A DNA stretch of 64,000 nucleotides from Actinomycetes bacterium (GCA_049282455.1 JBAPUB010000029.1:5176-69175), one strand, 5' to 3'. Positions 33,527 through 44,851 are shown, counted from the first letter of the stretch. The notes: generated from the letters alone by a model not told the origin. Translations and numbers: made by a program.

Positions 33527-34219
33527 TCAGGGTTCCCACACCGCGTGGTCATGAGCGAAGACCACGCGCGCGGGATCCATCTGTTGAAGCCGGTCCACCC
33601 ACGCCGGTGCGATGGGCAGGGGCCCTCGGTGTCCGTCGCGGTGGGCCCGGACGGCCAGGACATCTGCGCTGTACTGCGTGGCCGAGTCATGGCTTTGCCC
33701 AGCGACGATGACGACACCGTCACCGCGTCGGACGATCAGTGACTGGTGGCCATCGGTATGACCCGGGGTGGGGATGAGGGTGATGCCAGGCAGGATCTGC
33801 GTCTCGCCGTCCAGCTCCTCCCAGCGGGTGCCGGGCGCGTCCAACAGCTGCGGCAGCGTGTAGTCCTTGGTGCTGCGGGCCGCGGCGAGCTCGATGGCTT
33901 GCGTGAAGAATGGGAGCCCGGCGAGTGGGGGATTCCCACCACAGTGGTCGAAGTGCAAATGGCAGTTCGCCACGTGCGTGATCTCGTCAAGTTGGTGTCC
34001 CGCACTCAACACCGCAGCCGGAAGCGATCTGCGACGCGGCCGGTAGTGCGCGTCCACGTCTGGATGGCTGCCCATGCCGGTGTCGAAGAGAAGCACTGAA
34101 TCGGCGAGCTCGACCAGGTAGCCCAAGCACGGCTCGACTCGCGGTGAACCAGAACCGGTCTCCTCCGCCGGGCGCACGAAGTAGCCGAAGTCCACGCGTC
34201 TGACTTTGATCTCGGCCAT
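33527..34219 (-). CDS. MBL-fold metallo-hydrolase (AHL-lactonase-like)
   Basis: ATG 34219 with GAGG 3 nt upstream gives 230 aa. HxHxDH metal-binding motif (HLHFDHCGG). The 365-aa track ORF N-terminus has an Arg-rich, low-complexity composition that looks non-coding. Confidence 0.75.
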   Translation of the reverse strand: MAEIKVRRVDFGYFVRPAEETGSGSPRVEPCLGYLVELADSVLLFDTGMGSHPDVDAHYRPRRRSLPAAVLSAGHQLDEITHVANCHLHFDHCGGNPPLAGLPFFTQAIELAAARSTKDYTLPQLLDAPGTRWEELDGETQILPGITLIPTPGHTDGHQSLIVRRGDGVVIVAGQSHDSATQYSADVLAVRAHRDGHRGPLPIAPAWVDRLQQMDPARVVFAHDHAVWEP

Positions 34220-34325
34220 ACCTCGAAGTGTGGCACCGGATCCGCCACACATCGGCTCCCCGGTCGGCTCGCGAGTGCCGGACTGGAACCATTCGCGGTT
34301 GCTGACGACCGGGTACCGGGTATCG

Positions 34326-34341
34326 GGCTGCCGTGGCAGCC
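34326..34341. terminator. GC-rich hairpin 4 nt downstream of the murJ stop
   Basis: GGCTGCC-GT-GGCAGCC perfect 7-bp stem. There is no U-tract, as is common in high-GC actinobacteria. Confidence 0.4.
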
Positions 34342-34344
34342 GGT

Positions 34345-35958
34345 TCAGCCGCGACGTGCCACCAGGTCGAGCACGCGGGAGAGCTCGCCGATCCGGAACA
34401 CCCGAGACAGCCCGAGGTAGACCGCACCGCCGGGCACCAGTCCGGCCGTGAGCGCCACGGCGATGGACCACGCCTGGTCGGGGCGGTCCAGCGTCGATGT
34501 GACGAGGCGGTAGCAGGCGACGGCGACCAGGACCGAGATCGTCGTGGCGATGCACACACGCACGAACGTGCGGACGACGAGCGCGGTCTGCAGACCATCG
34601 AGACGACGGGCCAGCCTCATCCACAACGGAACCAGGGCCACCCAGTACGACAACGCGTAGGCCAGGCCGAGTGCGGGAATCCGCCAGGCGGCGGAGATGT
34701 AGGGGAAGGTGAGATAGGCGATGGCGACGTTGACGCCGTTGAGCAGCAGGGCGTTGATCGTCGGAGTGCGGGTGTCCTCCAGCGCGTAGTAGCCACGCAG
34801 CAGCGTGTAGTAGGCACTGAACGCCGGGAGCCCCACGGCGTACGCGGCCACGGTGAGTCCGAGCTGCTGGGCGCCTTCGACTCCGGCGGACCCGTACCCG
34901 AACAGCAGGATCCCAATCGGCTCACCGAACGCCACGAGTACCGCGGCGCACGGAACCAGCAGGCTGGTCGTGGTGCGCAGCGCCCAGCTCATGCGTTCGC
35001 GGACGACGTCCCACTGCCCCTCGTGCGCCAGCCGGGACAGCTGTGGCAGCAGCGCGGTCACGATCGACACCGTGATCACCGACTGCGGGAGGATGAACAC
35101 GGTGTACGCGTTGGTGTAGACGGCCGCGCCGGCGTTGACGGTGGCGTCCTGCACGTTCGCTTTGGTAGCCAGACGCACGATCAACAAGGTGCCGACCTGG
35201 TTGATGAGGACCAGCGTGATGGTCCAGCGTGCGAGCGACCATGCCTTCCCCAGACCATGGCCCCGAAGGTCGAACCGGGGGCGAAACGAGAAGCCGGTCC
35301 GACGCAGCACAGGGACCAGGACCAGCGCCTGGAACACCGTGCCCAAGGTGGTGCCGATGCCGAGGAGCAGGATCTCGCCCTCGGTGACCGTCCTGGTCGT
35401 CACACCGATCCCCGCGACCCACAGGAACGCCAGCGCGGACAGGATGACGACGACGTTGTTCACGATCGGTGCGAACATCGGGACGCCGAATCGCCCGCGG
35501 GCGTTGAGCACCTGGGCGAGGACGGTGAACGCGCCGTAGAAGAAGATCTGCGGAAGCATCAGGCGAGCGAAAGCGGTGGAGACCTGGATCTGCTGCTCGT
35601 TCCAGCCGCTGGAGTACAGACGCACGATCAGGGGTGCGAACAGCACGGCCAGGACACTGAGCAGCAGAAGGACGAGGCCGACGGCGGTGACGAGGCGGTG
35701 GGCGTATGCGGTGCCGCCATCCTCGTCGTCCTTCATGCGACGGACGAGCTGCGGAACGAACACGGCGTTGATCGCACCGCCGATGAACAGCGTGTACACA
35801 ACCGTCGGCAGCATGTTCGCGACCGAGTAGGTGTCTGCGAACACACCTGTGCCGACGGCGGCGACGAGTGCGATGTTCTTGAAGACCCCGGTGAATCGGG
35901 AGGCTAGCGTGCCTGCGGCCATCACCGAGCTCGATCGCATCAGGGGCGCATCGCTCAT
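34345..35958 (-). CDS. murJ: Lipid II flippase MurJ (MviN)
   Basis: 537 aa with 14 predicted TM helices and the conserved MurJ N-terminus (..RFTGVFKNIALVAAVG...ADTYSVANMLP..). Confidence 0.9.
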   Translation of the reverse strand: MSDAPLMRSSSVMAAGTLASRFTGVFKNIALVAAVGTGVFADTYSVANMLPTVVYTLFIGGAINAVFVPQLVRRMKDDEDGGTAYAHRLVTAVGLVLLLLSVLAVLFAPLIVRLYSSGWNEQQIQVSTAFARLMLPQIFFYGAFTVLAQVLNARGRFGVPMFAPIVNNVVVILSALAFLWVAGIGVTTRTVTEGEILLLGIGTTLGTVFQALVLVPVLRRTGFSFRPRFDLRGHGLGKAWSLARWTITLVLINQVGTLLIVRLATKANVQDATVNAGAAVYTNAYTVFILPQSVITVSIVTALLPQLSRLAHEGQWDVVRERMSWALRTTTSLLVPCAAVLVAFGEPIGILLFGYGSAGVEGAQQLGLTVAAYAVGLPAFSAYYTLLRGYYALEDTRTPTINALLLNGVNVAIAYLTFPYISAAWRIPALGLAYALSYWVALVPLWMRLARRLDGLQTALVVRTFVRVCIATTISVLVAVACYRLVTSTLDRPDQAWSIAVALTAGLVPGGAVYLGLSRVFRIGELSRVLDLVARRG

Positions 35959-38003
35959 GCCTGGGAGTCACCACCGGCGCGGGAGGCCATGATGCGGCGC
36001 GTGACCCGGACCCCGGCGGCGAGCACCAGCAGGGCCGCCACGCCACCGAAGATGATGATGGCGACCTCTCCGTAGGCGCGGACCCGTACGTCGAGCGTCA
36101 CCGGCGCCGAGTAGGGCCGCCCGCGTGGGGTAGTCAGCTGTGCGGTCACCGACAGGTTGCCGCTGGTCGTGGCCTTGACTTGCGCGTTGACACTGACCCG
36201 GCCACCGGCGGGCACCCGCACCTGGTCCGGCGCCGTCACCTGGAGGCGCAGCTCGTCGGTCGACCGCACGTCCAGGCCCACCACCACCGGCTGGTCGAGA
36301 TCGTTGGCCACGGTGATCGGGATGGGGCCGGAGTTGCTCGTCACCGTTCCGCCGCGTGACAGGATCCGAACCTTCGCGCGGTCGGCCTGGAGCCGGTCGG
36401 TGGCCTGCTGCAGCAGCACCTGACCGCTGTCGATGTTGCCACGCCACACGGTCGAGACTGCCGAGTAGAACGCGGCTCCGTAGGCCGGTACGAGGGGGGC
36501 AGGGTCGGTGAGGATGCCGCCGAAGGTGATGGTGTCGGCGCGCCCCTGATCGGCCTGGCCCACGTATGACGCGGGAAGCTGGTTCGGCGGGGCTTGGTCG
36601 GGGACGGGTTGCCGCTCCAGGCTCGGGACCGGCCAGCGGAGCGCGCGACTCAGCGGAACCGGCTGGATCCAGCCGGCGCGGGCCGTCGCCCCGAGCAGCG
36701 ACTCGGCGTAGGCAAGGCTGGGGGACCACCGACGCGGCGGTGCGATGGCGACCAGCCGCGGCTGCGTCGGCAGCTCAACCGTGATGAGCAGGGTCTGGGC
36801 CAAGAACCTCTGCCGGACCAGGATCGCCGGGTCACCCACCGAGTCGGCCACCAGGGAGTCCAGGGCGGGGTCGGTGACGACGGCGGGCAGCGCGCCGGGG
36901 CCGACATTCGCCCGGCCGCTCGGGGTGTAAGCGGGGGTGGTCACGGGCGGCACCGTGTCACCGGACAAGACGGTGGCACGAAGTCCCGCCTGCGGCATCC
37001 GTTCGATGGCCGTGGCATCGGCCTGGCCGTCGACCGGCCAGGCGAAGTCCTTGCGCACCGGGCGACCGAGCATCGAGCGGGCGAGTGCAGCGCCGGAACG
37101 GGCACCCCCTCGGATGAGGCCGGGACGGTCGGCGTCGAGCACGCTCGTGACGTCCATGTCGCCGTACGGCACGACCGCGACCTCTCGGCGTGCTGAGGCT
37201 GCCTCCAGCTCCTGCAGCCAGCGGCGGGCGTCGTCGCCGCGGGCCCCGCGGCGGGCGTCGGGACCGGCACCGATCTCGTACCCGCCACTCATCGCTGAGG
37301 CGTCGGCCAGCAGGGCCGGGTCGACCATCCAGGTCACCGGCCGGCCCGCGCCCGCCTCGACCAACGTCGCGAGGCGTCCAGACGGTGCCATCGACTCGGC
37401 GAGTCCGTCGGAGGTGAATGCCCCGGTGGCGTCACGTCGGGGAGCGTCGATGACCGGCCACAGCCACAGCAGCCTGGTTCTGGCCACCTGGTCGCCGGCC
37501 GGGTACCACGGCAGCAGCGTCGTGAGATTGGCGACCTCGGTCCGGACCCCGCCCACCAGTCCGGTGACGACCAGGCGCATGGGGTAGACGCCGGTGATGC
37601 CCAGCGGCAGCGTGTCGGCGGGCACCCGGATCCGGTAGCTGGTCGGGCGACCGCCGCTGAGTCGTCCGAGGGAGTCGTCGGCGCCGGAGACCGCAGCCAT
37701 GTACGGCGGGTTCGCGAGCGCGTCGTCGATGGCGCTGCGGGCCGTGATCGGGGCGGTCGCCAGCTGCAGCTGCACCGAGGCATCCTGGACGTCGGCTCCG
37801 GCAAGCAGTCGGACGTCGCCTCCGACGCGCAGGGTGCGCTGCAGGGTCAAGGTGACCGGTTCGAGCTCGGTCAGGGTGAGGGCGACGTCGGGTGCCCGAC
37901 CGCGCTCGGCTCCGGCGGCGCCGGGGAGGGCCAAGGTCGACAGCACCAGGGCGAGCAGGACGAGTGCAGGCGAGCGTCGCAGCAGACGCCGCCTGGAGGT
38001 CAC
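35955..38003 (-). CDS. Large secreted conserved hypothetical protein (Rv3909-like)
   Basis: GTG 38003 gives 682 aa with a signal peptide ([26 protein letters not shown]). It is translationally coupled with NUDIX upstream and murJ downstream (4-nt overlaps) and sits in the Rv3909 position. Confidence 0.6.
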   Translation of the reverse strand: MTSRRRLLRRSPALVLLALVLSTLALPGAAGAERGRAPDVALTLTELEPVTLTLQRTLRVGGDVRLLAGADVQDASVQLQLATAPITARSAIDDALANPPYMAAVSGADDSLGRLSGGRPTSYRIRVPADTLPLGITGVYPMRLVVTGLVGGVRTEVANLTTLLPWYPAGDQVARTRLLWLWPVIDAPRRDATGAFTSDGLAESMAPSGRLATLVEAGAGRPVTWMVDPALLADASAMSGGYEIGAGPDARRGARGDDARRWLQELEAASARREVAVVPYGDMDVTSVLDADRPGLIRGGARSGAALARSMLGRPVRKDFAWPVDGQADATAIERMPQAGLRATVLSGDTVPPVTTPAYTPSGRANVGPGALPAVVTDPALDSLVADSVGDPAILVRQRFLAQTLLITVELPTQPRLVAIAPPRRWSPSLAYAESLLGATARAGWIQPVPLSRALRWPVPSLERQPVPDQAPPNQLPASYVGQADQGRADTITFGGILTDPAPLVPAYGAAFYSAVSTVWRGNIDSGQVLLQQATDRLQADRAKVRILSRGGTVTSNSGPIPITVANDLDQPVVVGLDVRSTDELRLQVTAPDQVRVPAGGRVSVNAQVKATTSGNLSVTAQLTTPRGRPYSAPVTLDVRVRAYGEVAIIIFGGVAALLVLAAGVRVTRRIMASRAGGDSQA

Positions 38004-38503
38004 GCGGTGTCCAGGAGGTCGGCGGCCCCTGCGACCAGTCGTCGCTCGTCGGCGTAGGCCAGCCTCGTCTGCAGCTCGTCCAGCGGGACCCAGGCGACTT
38101 CCACGACCTCGACGTCGGCATCGCTCAGCGTTCCGTCCTGCGCCTCGAACAGGAAGTGGTGCACGGTCTTGTGCACCCTGCGGTCCTCGGCGACGAACCA
38201 GAAGTCGATGGTGCCCAGAGGGGCGACGAGCCGCCCACGGATCCCCGTCTCCTCCTCGACCTCGCGTGCGGCCGCCTGTTCGGCGGTCTCGCCTTGCTCC
38301 AGGTGGCCCTTGGGCAGCGACCAGACCAATCGCCCTCGTCGGTCGTGCCGGGCGATGAGGGCGGCGCTCCACGGGCCGACGGACCGGTCGACGACGAGCC
38401 CACCGGCAGAGGTCTCCTCCACCGTGCGCAGCCGGCGCCTGGCGTCGGCGGCGCGGGAGGCAGGCATACGGCGATCGTAGTCAGCGATCTGCCGTCCCCT
38501 CAC
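38000..38503 (-). CDS. NUDIX hydrolase (MutT4-like)
   Basis: Nudix box [22 protein letters not shown]. The start may be the internal Met at 38467. Confidence 0.75.
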   Translation of the reverse strand: MRGRQIADYDRRMPASRAADARRRLRTVEETSAGGLVVDRSVGPWSAALIARHDRRGRLVWSLPKGHLEQGETAEQAAAREVEEETGIRGRLVAPLGTIDFWFVAEDRRVHKTVHHFLFEAQDGTLSDADVEVVEVAWVPLDELQTRLAYADERRLVAGAADLLDTA

Positions 38504-40068
38504 CGTGTCCCGAACACCGCCGCGGTCCGGGTGAGGGACGCAGCCAGGTCGTCCAGCCCGGCCAGGGTCTGTGCCCGTTCTCGCTGTCCCGCAGCCTGTT
38601 GCTCGCTGGCTGAGGCGACCTCGGTCATCGCTGCCACGACCTGGTCGGACGCAGAAGTCTGCTGTCGCGTCGCCAGCTGGATCTGCCCGGCCGCACCCGT
38701 GGCCTGGCTCGCCACATCGCCGATCCGGTCGAGCATCACCTGGACCTGCGCGGCGAGGGTTGCCCCGAGCTCAGCTGCGGACTGCCCGTCCTCGGTGGCG
38801 GCCACGGTGGCTTGGGTACCGGTGCGGATCCGGGCCACGATCTGCTGGATCTGTCCGGTGGAGTCGGAGGCTCGCTGCGCGAGGGCGCGGACCTCGGCCG
38901 CGACCACGGCGAACCCGCGCCCGTGCTCGCCGGCACGAGCCGCTTCGATCGCTGCGTTGAGCGCGAGCAGGTTGGTCTGGTCGGCCAGCTCGTCGATCAC
39001 GGACAGGATCCGGCCGATCTCGGCCCCTGCCGCATCGAGGTCGGCCGCCTGCGCGGCGATCCCGCCCACCTGCTCAGCCATGGCCTGGATCTGGCTGGCT
39101 GCGTCGTCGACCGCCCGCTGAGCCGCCTGGGCCGCCGTGGTCACCTCGAGGGCTGCCCCGTTGACGAGGTCGGCCGTGTCGGCGATCTGGGCCGCGCTCG
39201 CCGCGAGCTGTTGCATGCTCGCGCTGGTCTGGTTGATCGCGGCAACCTGCTGGGTGTGCCCGGCAGCGGCGTCGGATGCTGCTTCGTGCAAGGCGCTGAC
39301 GCTGCCGGCGAGCTGGTCTGCACCGGACTGCACGCTCTCGACGACGCCGCGGATGCTGCGCAGGGTGGTGTCGAGAGAGGACCACAGCGCCGCCACCGGT
39401 CCGTCACCAGCATGGGATTGGTCGGATGTGGCCTCCAGGGCGGCCGGACGAAGGTTGCCTCCGGCCACCTCGGTGAGCACATCCGTGAGCGTGTCGACCT
39501 GGAGGCGCAGCGCCTGCTCAGACGTCGACGCCAGGGCCTCCTGCTTGCGCAGGGCTCCCGCCAGTGCCGCGGCGAAGACTCCGAGCAGAAGAAGCCCGAC
39601 GGAGGCTGACAGCACCTGTCCTGCGTGTGCGACGTCGAGGTCGCCGGTCACTGCCACCGAGGTGATGAAGCCGCCGGCGCTGAGCAGGCCCATGGCCAGC
39701 GCCCACGACGTGGGCATCGTCATCGCCGAGAAGATGACCACGAAGATCAGGTAGAACCACTGCAGCCCCTCCAGGCCCCCGCCGTTGACCGTCAGGACAA
39801 CGATGACCGCGACGAAGAAAGTCATCTGCGCGACGTCGACGACGAGCGGGTACGCGTCGAGGACAGGGATCCGTCGGGCCAGCTCAGGGCGCAGGAGGAA
39901 CCACACGGCACCCAGAAGGACGAGCATCGAGGCAGCGGCCAGCACGACGACCTGGCCCCCGATCTGCGGGTCCTGCGACGCCAGGAGCCACAGCGACACC
40001 GGGTTCAGCAGGGCGTAGACGAGCGCGCACACGCCGGACACCCGCGTCACTACGCGCGCGAAGTCCAT
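38500..40068 (-). CDS. Methyl-accepting chemotaxis protein-type signalling protein with 6-TM N-terminal sensor
   Basis: ATG 40068 (GGAAGAGGA SD) gives 522 aa. Six N-terminal TM helices, then a canonical MCP signalling domain ([44 protein letters not shown]). Confidence 0.8.
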   Translation of the reverse strand: MDFARVVTRVSGVCALVYALLNPVSLWLLASQDPQIGGQVVVLAAASMLVLLGAVWFLLRPELARRIPVLDAYPLVVDVAQMTFFVAVIVVLTVNGGGLEGLQWFYLIFVVIFSAMTMPTSWALAMGLLSAGGFITSVAVTGDLDVAHAGQVLSASVGLLLLGVFAAALAGALRKQEALASTSEQALRLQVDTLTDVLTEVAGGNLRPAALEATSDQSHAGDGPVAALWSSLDTTLRSIRGVVESVQSGADQLAGSVSALHEAASDAAAGHTQQVAAINQTSASMQQLAASAAQIADTADLVNGAALEVTTAAQAAQRAVDDAASQIQAMAEQVGGIAAQAADLDAAGAEIGRILSVIDELADQTNLLALNAAIEAARAGEHGRGFAVVAAEVRALAQRASDSTGQIQQIVARIRTGTQATVAATEDGQSAAELGATLAAQVQVMLDRIGDVASQATGAAGQIQLATRQQTSASDQVVAAMTEVASASEQQAAGQRERAQTLAGLDDLAASLTRTAAVFGTR

Positions 40069-40207
40069 CGTGTGTCCTCTTCCGGCTAGCGGGTCCAGCT
40101 GGGCCCGGTCGAGTCCTCTCGGGTCTGGTCGAGCATCGGCACGGCCATGGACCCCCTTGACCGGCCCTCGCGCACCGCGGGTCGAGGACTGCCTAGGGTG
40201 GTCTGTT

Positions 40208-41641
40208 GTGTCCACGCCTGAGAACGCCGCCGCGCTGCAACGGCGTGCGGTGACCGAGCTGGTCCGGGTCTCGCCCGTCGCCGACGATCTCGGACGACGG
40301 TTCGCTGCGGCGGGGCACGAGCTCGCCCTGGTGGGCGGCTCTGTGCGCGACGCCCTGCTCGGACGTCTGGGCGAGGACCTGGACTTCGCGACGTCCGCCC
40401 TGCCCGACGAGGTCGAGGCGCTCGTGGCCGGACCGGCGACGGCCGTGTGGGACATCGGCAAGGCGTTCGGGACGATCGGCTGCCTCATCGACGGGTACAC
40501 GTGCGAGATCACGACCTACCGGGCCGAGCGCTACGACCCGTCCTCGCGCAAGCCCCAGGTGACCTACGGGGACTCCCTGGCCGTCGACCTGTCCCGGCGC
40601 GACTTCACGGTCAACGCGATGGCCGTCGCCCTTCCCGGCGTCTCGTTCGTCGACCCCCACAACGGTCTGGCCGACCTCGCCGCGCGGGTGCTGCGCACAC
40701 CGGGGCGACCCGAGGAGTCCTTCGACGACGATCCCCTCCGGATGATGCGGGCTGCCCGGTTCGCTGCGCAGCTGGGGTTCGGCGTCGACCCCGACGTGGT
40801 CACCGCAATGACCGAGATGGCAGAGCGGATCTCGATCGTCTCCGCCGAGCGGGTTCGTGACGAGCTGGTCAAGCTGATCACGACCCCCCGGCCGAGGGTC
40901 GGGCTGGAGCTGCTGGTGACCACGGGGCTCGCCGCACAGGTGGTCCCCGAGCTCGCAGCACTGCAGCTCGAGGTCGACGAGCACCACCGGCACAAGGATG
41001 TGTATGAGCACACTCTGACCGTTCTCGAGCAGGCGATCGACCTTGAGGATGGCGACCCGGACCTGGTGCTTCGACTCGCGTCGCTGCTGCACGACATCGG
41101 CAAGCCCCGCACCCGGCGGTTCGAGGCCGACGGCGGAGTTTCGTTCCACCACCACGAGGTCGTCGGTGCGCGCATGACGGCCAAGCGGTTGAAGGCGCTG
41201 CGTTTCGACAAGGTGACTGTGGAGGCCACGTCGCAGCTGGTCGAGCTGCACCTTCGCTTCCACGGGTACGCCGACGGTGAGTGGAGCGACTCCGCCGTCC
41301 GCCGGTACGTGCGAGACGCTGGGCCGCTGCTCCAGCGGCTGCACCGGCTGACTCGAGCCGACTGCACGACGCGCAACAAGCGCAAGGCCGCGGCGTTGGC
41401 CAGCGCGTACGACCACCTCGAGGAGCGGATCGAGGAGCTGCAGGAGGCCGAGGAGCTCGCGGCCATGCGCCCCGACCTCGACGGCAACCAGATCATGGCG
41501 GTCCTGGGCATCCCGGCAGGGCGAGACGTCGGGGACGCCTATCGCTACCTGCTCGAGCTGCGGCTGGACCGCGGTCCGATCGGTGTCGAGGCGGCGACCG
41601 AGGCACTCAAGCAGTGGTGGGCGCAGCGCGAACCTGTCTAG
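40208..41641 (+). CDS. cca: CCA tRNA nucleotidyltransferase (PcnA-like)
   Basis: GTG 40208 gives 477 aa. PolyA-pol head domain ([27 protein letters not shown]) plus HD domain ([12 protein letters not shown]). Confidence 0.85.
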   Translation: MSTPENAAALQRRAVTELVRVSPVADDLGRRFAAAGHELALVGGSVRDALLGRLGEDLDFATSALPDEVEALVAGPATAVWDIGKAFGTIGCLIDGYTCEITTYRAERYDPSSRKPQVTYGDSLAVDLSRRDFTVNAMAVALPGVSFVDPHNGLADLAARVLRTPGRPEESFDDDPLRMMRAARFAAQLGFGVDPDVVTAMTEMAERISIVSAERVRDELVKLITTPRPRVGLELLVTTGLAAQVVPELAALQLEVDEHHRHKDVYEHTLTVLEQAIDLEDGDPDLVLRLASLLHDIGKPRTRRFEADGGVSFHHHEVVGARMTAKRLKALRFDKVTVEATSQLVELHLRFHGYADGEWSDSAVRRYVRDAGPLLQRLHRLTRADCTTRNKRKAAALASAYDHLEERIEELQEAEELAAMRPDLDGNQIMAVLGIPAGRDVGDAYRYLLELRLDRGPIGVEAATEALKQWWAQREPV

Positions 41642-41651
41642 GAGCTACGGC

Positions 41652-42959
41652 CTAGGTGGGGTCAGCGCTGTCCTCACGTGAGATGCGTTGGTACCAGGTG
41701 GCGAGGAGGGCGTAGCCGACGGCGATAGCGGTGGTGAACGCCAGTGAGCGGCCATCGGCCGGGACGACGAGTGCGGCCACGGCGCCGGCCAGCACGAACG
41801 ACGCGTTGAACACCAGGTCGTACAGCGTGAACACCCGACCACGGTAGGGGTCGTCGATCGTCTCCTGCAGGATCGTGTCGATGGTCACCTTGACGCCTTG
41901 GGCCACCAGGCCGATGAGGAACGAGGCAGCCAGGAAGAGGGGTTCGCGGAACCAGCTGACCAGCAGAGCCATGTCCAGCGCGGCCAGCAAGAGCAAGGCG
42001 CAGATCCAGCGGGTCGGGCCGATCCGGCGGGTGGCGCCGGGTGTCAGCACAGCACCGGAGACGGCTCCGGCGCCACCGCAGGCCAGGCTCAGGCCCAGTG
42101 CGGTGAGTGCGGCTTTCGCGTCGTTGGGGTAGAAGGTGTTGCGGAACAACACGATGCTCAGCACAGTGGCCAGGCCGAACAGGAACCGGTGGCCTCCCAT
42201 CACCGTCAGTGCCCGAGCCGCTCGCGGCGCATCACGAACGTGGCCGACCCCCGCGACGAAACCTTGAACCACGTCGACGACGGCACTGTGCAGCGACACG
42301 TCAGCAGGCTGGTCAGGACCGAGCTGCGACCGGCCCAGACGTGTGGCCAGACCGGCCGCCACGATGCAGGCGGCTGCCCCGAGGCAGATGACCGATGCGT
42401 CAGCTGCGTCGCCTCCGCCGAGCCCCGACGCCAGCGCGATGCCTAGCCCCGCACCGACGAACGTCATGGCCGTTCCCGCGGTGGGAGCCACCGCGTTGGC
42501 AGTCACGAGGAGCTCGGTCGAGACCACGTGAGGCAGCGACGCTCCGAGGGCGGCCAGCACGAAGCGGTTCACACCGAGCACACTGAGTGCGGTCACGTAC
42601 AGCGGGGCGCCGTCCTGGCCGACGGCGATCAGGAGGGCGATCAAGGCCACCCCGACCGCTCGCGTGAGGTTGGCCACGACCAGGACCTGTCGGCGAGACC
42701 ACCGGTCGAGCAGAACGCCGGCGAACGGACCGACGAGCGAGAACGGGAGCAGCAAGACGGCGAAGCCCAGCGCCACCCGGCCCGGTGTGGCGGCGCGTTC
42801 GGGTGAGAAGAACACGAAGGACGCCAGCCCGACCTGGAGCAGCCCGTCGGCGAACTGGCCCGCGAGCCGCACCGCCAGCAGGCGACGGAACCCGCCGAGC
42901 CTCAGGACTGCGCGCAGTCCCGGCAGCGACTGCTGGGCAGCGGACTCAGGCACCCGCAC
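41652..42959 (-). CDS. MFS transporter
   Basis: 435 aa with 12 predicted TM helices and an MFS motif (..LLDRWSRRQVLV..). Confidence 0.8.
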   Translation of the reverse strand: MRVPESAAQQSLPGLRAVLRLGGFRRLLAVRLAGQFADGLLQVGLASFVFFSPERAATPGRVALGFAVLLLPFSLVGPFAGVLLDRWSRRQVLVVANLTRAVGVALIALLIAVGQDGAPLYVTALSVLGVNRFVLAALGASLPHVVSTELLVTANAVAPTAGTAMTFVGAGLGIALASGLGGGDAADASVICLGAAACIVAAGLATRLGRSQLGPDQPADVSLHSAVVDVVQGFVAGVGHVRDAPRAARALTVMGGHRFLFGLATVLSIVLFRNTFYPNDAKAALTALGLSLACGGAGAVSGAVLTPGATRRIGPTRWICALLLLAALDMALLVSWFREPLFLAASFLIGLVAQGVKVTIDTILQETIDDPYRGRVFTLYDLVFNASFVLAGAVAALVVPADGRSLAFTTAIAVGYALLATWYQRISREDSADPT

Positions 42960-43030
42960 AGGCTAGGGGACCGGGTCCCGGTGATCGTGCCCCGAAGTGA
43001 GTCGAGCAGGTCGACAGGGACCCGACCAGG

Positions 43031-44101
43031 TCAGCGACCGGCGATGAAGTCCTCGACTGCCTGGCGCGCGTCGTCGTCGCGGTACTGGACCGGCGGAGAC
43101 TTCATGAAGTAGCTGGAGGCCGACAGGATCGGTCCGCCGATCCCACGGTCCAACGCGATCTTGGCGCAGCGCACGGCGTCGATGATCACGCCGGCGGAGT
43201 TGGGGGAGTCCCACACCTCCAGCTTGTACTCGAGGTTCAGCGGAACGTCGCCGAACGCGCGGCCCTCGAGCCGGACGTACGCCCACTTGCGGTCGTCGAG
43301 CCAGGCCACGTAGTCGCTCGGCCCGATGTGCACGTTGCGCTTACCCAGGTCGTGACTGAGCTGAGACGTCACGGCCTGGGTCTTGGAGATCTTCTTGGAC
43401 TCCAGACGCTCGCGCTCGAGCATGTTCATGAAGTCCATGTTGCCGCCGACGTTGAGCTGCATCGTGCGGTCCAAGATGACGCCGCGGTCCTCGAACAGCT
43501 TGGCGAGAACCCGGTGGGTGATGGTGGCCCCGACCTGGCTCTTGATGTCGTCGCCGACGATCGGCACCCCAGCCGCGGTGAACTTGTCCGCCCACTCCTT
43601 GGTGCCTGCGATGAACACTGGCAGGGCGTTCACGAACCCGACGCCAGCGTCGATGGCTGCCTGCGCGTAGTAGCGGGCGGCGTCCTCCGAGCCGACGGGG
43701 AGGTAACAGACCAGAACGTCGGCACGGCTGTCGCGCAGCACCGAGACGATGTCGACCGCGGGCTCGTCGGACTCGGTGATGACCTCGCGGTAGTACTTGC
43801 CGAGCCCGTCGAGGGTCTCGCCCCGCTGCACCATGATTCCGGTCGGCGGGACGTCGGCGATCTTGATCGTGTTGTTCTCGCTGGCCCCGATCGCATGGGC
43901 GAGGTCCTGGCCGACCTTCTTGGCGTCGACGTCGAACGCGGCGACGAACTCGATGTCGCTGACGTGGTAGTCGCCGAGCTGTACGTGCATCAGCCCAGGT
44001 ACCGCCGCAGACGGGTCGGCGTCCTTGTAGTACTCGACACCTTGCACGAGCGATGCGGCGCAGTTTCCGACGCCGGCGATGGCTACGCGTACCGAACCCA
44101 T
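43031..44101 (-). CDS. ino1: Inositol-3-phosphate synthase
   Basis: ATG 44101 with AAGGAG 7 nt upstream gives 356 aa. [21 protein letters not shown]... with NAD-binding and catalytic motifs. Confidence 0.95.
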   Translation of the reverse strand: MGSVRVAIAGVGNCAASLVQGVEYYKDADPSAAVPGLMHVQLGDYHVSDIEFVAAFDVDAKKVGQDLAHAIGASENNTIKIADVPPTGIMVQRGETLDGLGKYYREVITESDEPAVDIVSVLRDSRADVLVCYLPVGSEDAARYYAQAAIDAGVGFVNALPVFIAGTKEWADKFTAAGVPIVGDDIKSQVGATITHRVLAKLFEDRGVILDRTMQLNVGGNMDFMNMLERERLESKKISKTQAVTSQLSHDLGKRNVHIGPSDYVAWLDDRKWAYVRLEGRAFGDVPLNLEYKLEVWDSPNSAGVIIDAVRCAKIALDRGIGGPILSASSYFMKSPPVQYRDDDARQAVEDFIAGR

Positions 44102-44105
44102 GGAC

Positions 44106-44720
44106 CTACTCCTTGTTCTTATTGGTGGCGCCGGATCGTTCGTCCCGGTCGGCCTGTTGCGTGGGGGTGCTGGCACGCTCAGTGGCGATCAGCTCGTTGA
44201 GCCATCGCACCTCGCGTTCCACGGACTCCAGGCCGTGGCGCTGCAGTTCGAGGGTGTAGCTGTCGACACGTTCGCGGGTACGGGTAGCCGCGACGCGCAC
44301 GTTGTCGAGGCGCTCCTCGAGCCGGCTTCGCCGACCTTCGAGAATGCGCAGTCGGGTGTCCGCGTCGGTTCGGGCGAAGAAGGCGAAGTGGACCCCGAAG
44401 CTCTCGTCCTCCCAGGCGGCAGGTCCGGCTTCGGCGAGCATCTCCCCGAACCGCTCCTTGCCCTCGGCGGTGAGCTGGTAGACGATCCGGGCCCGACGTC
44501 CCGACAGCGCCGGGGCACCAGCAGGGTCTGCGTCGGACTCGGCGATCCAGCCCAGGGCGACCAGCTGCTTCAGGCAGGGGTACAGCGAGCCGTAGCTGAA
44601 GGCCCGGAAGGTGCCCAGCAGGGCGTTGAGCCGCTTGCGCAGCTCGTATCCGTGCATCGGAGACTCGTGCAGCAGGCCGAGGACGGCCAGCTCGAGGGCG
44701 CCGCTGCTTCGCCGGCTCAT
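44106..44720 (-). CDS. PadR-family transcriptional regulator
   Basis: Internal Met (aa 30 of the track ORF) gives about 204 aa. PadR winged-HTH [23 protein letters not shown]... It lies immediately upstream of ino1, as Rv0047c does. My reading of the 5' end shows 1-nt inconsistencies with the track, so coordinates are +/-1. Confidence 0.75.
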   Translation of the reverse strand: MSRRSSGALELAVLGLLHESPMHGYELRKRLNALLGTFRAFSYGSLYPCLKQLVALGWIAESDADPAGAPALSGRRARIVYQLTAEGKERFGEMLAEAGPAAWEDESFGVHFAFFARTDADTRLRILEGRRSRLEERLDNVRVAATRTRERVDSYTLELQRHGLESVEREVRWLNELIATERASTPTQQADRDERSGATNKNKE

Positions 44721-44737
44721 CGGGTCCCTCCTGGCGC

Positions 44738-44751
44738 ATTCGATATATCGA
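44738..44751. promoter_or_regulatory. AT-rich perfect palindrome TTCGATATATCGAA upstream of the PadR start (candidate autoregulatory operator)
   Basis: A 14-bp perfect inverted repeat, strikingly AT-rich for this genome, sits about 18 nt upstream of the proposed PadR start in the PadR/DUF5318 divergent region. Confidence 0.4.
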
Positions 44752-44851
44752 ACCGATACATCGAGTCGATGGGTCGCCACGATAGCCCGCGCCGCCGACC
44801 GGCGCAAACGCGGCCCGCGCGGGACCGGGTGGCAAAACGTAGGCTGGTGCG

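Noticed and set aside
42976-42989. GGGACC-G-GGTCCC palindrome between ino1 and the MFS transporter gene
   Set aside because: Short with a 1-nt centre. It could be a protein-binding site or nothing, and there is no supporting context.
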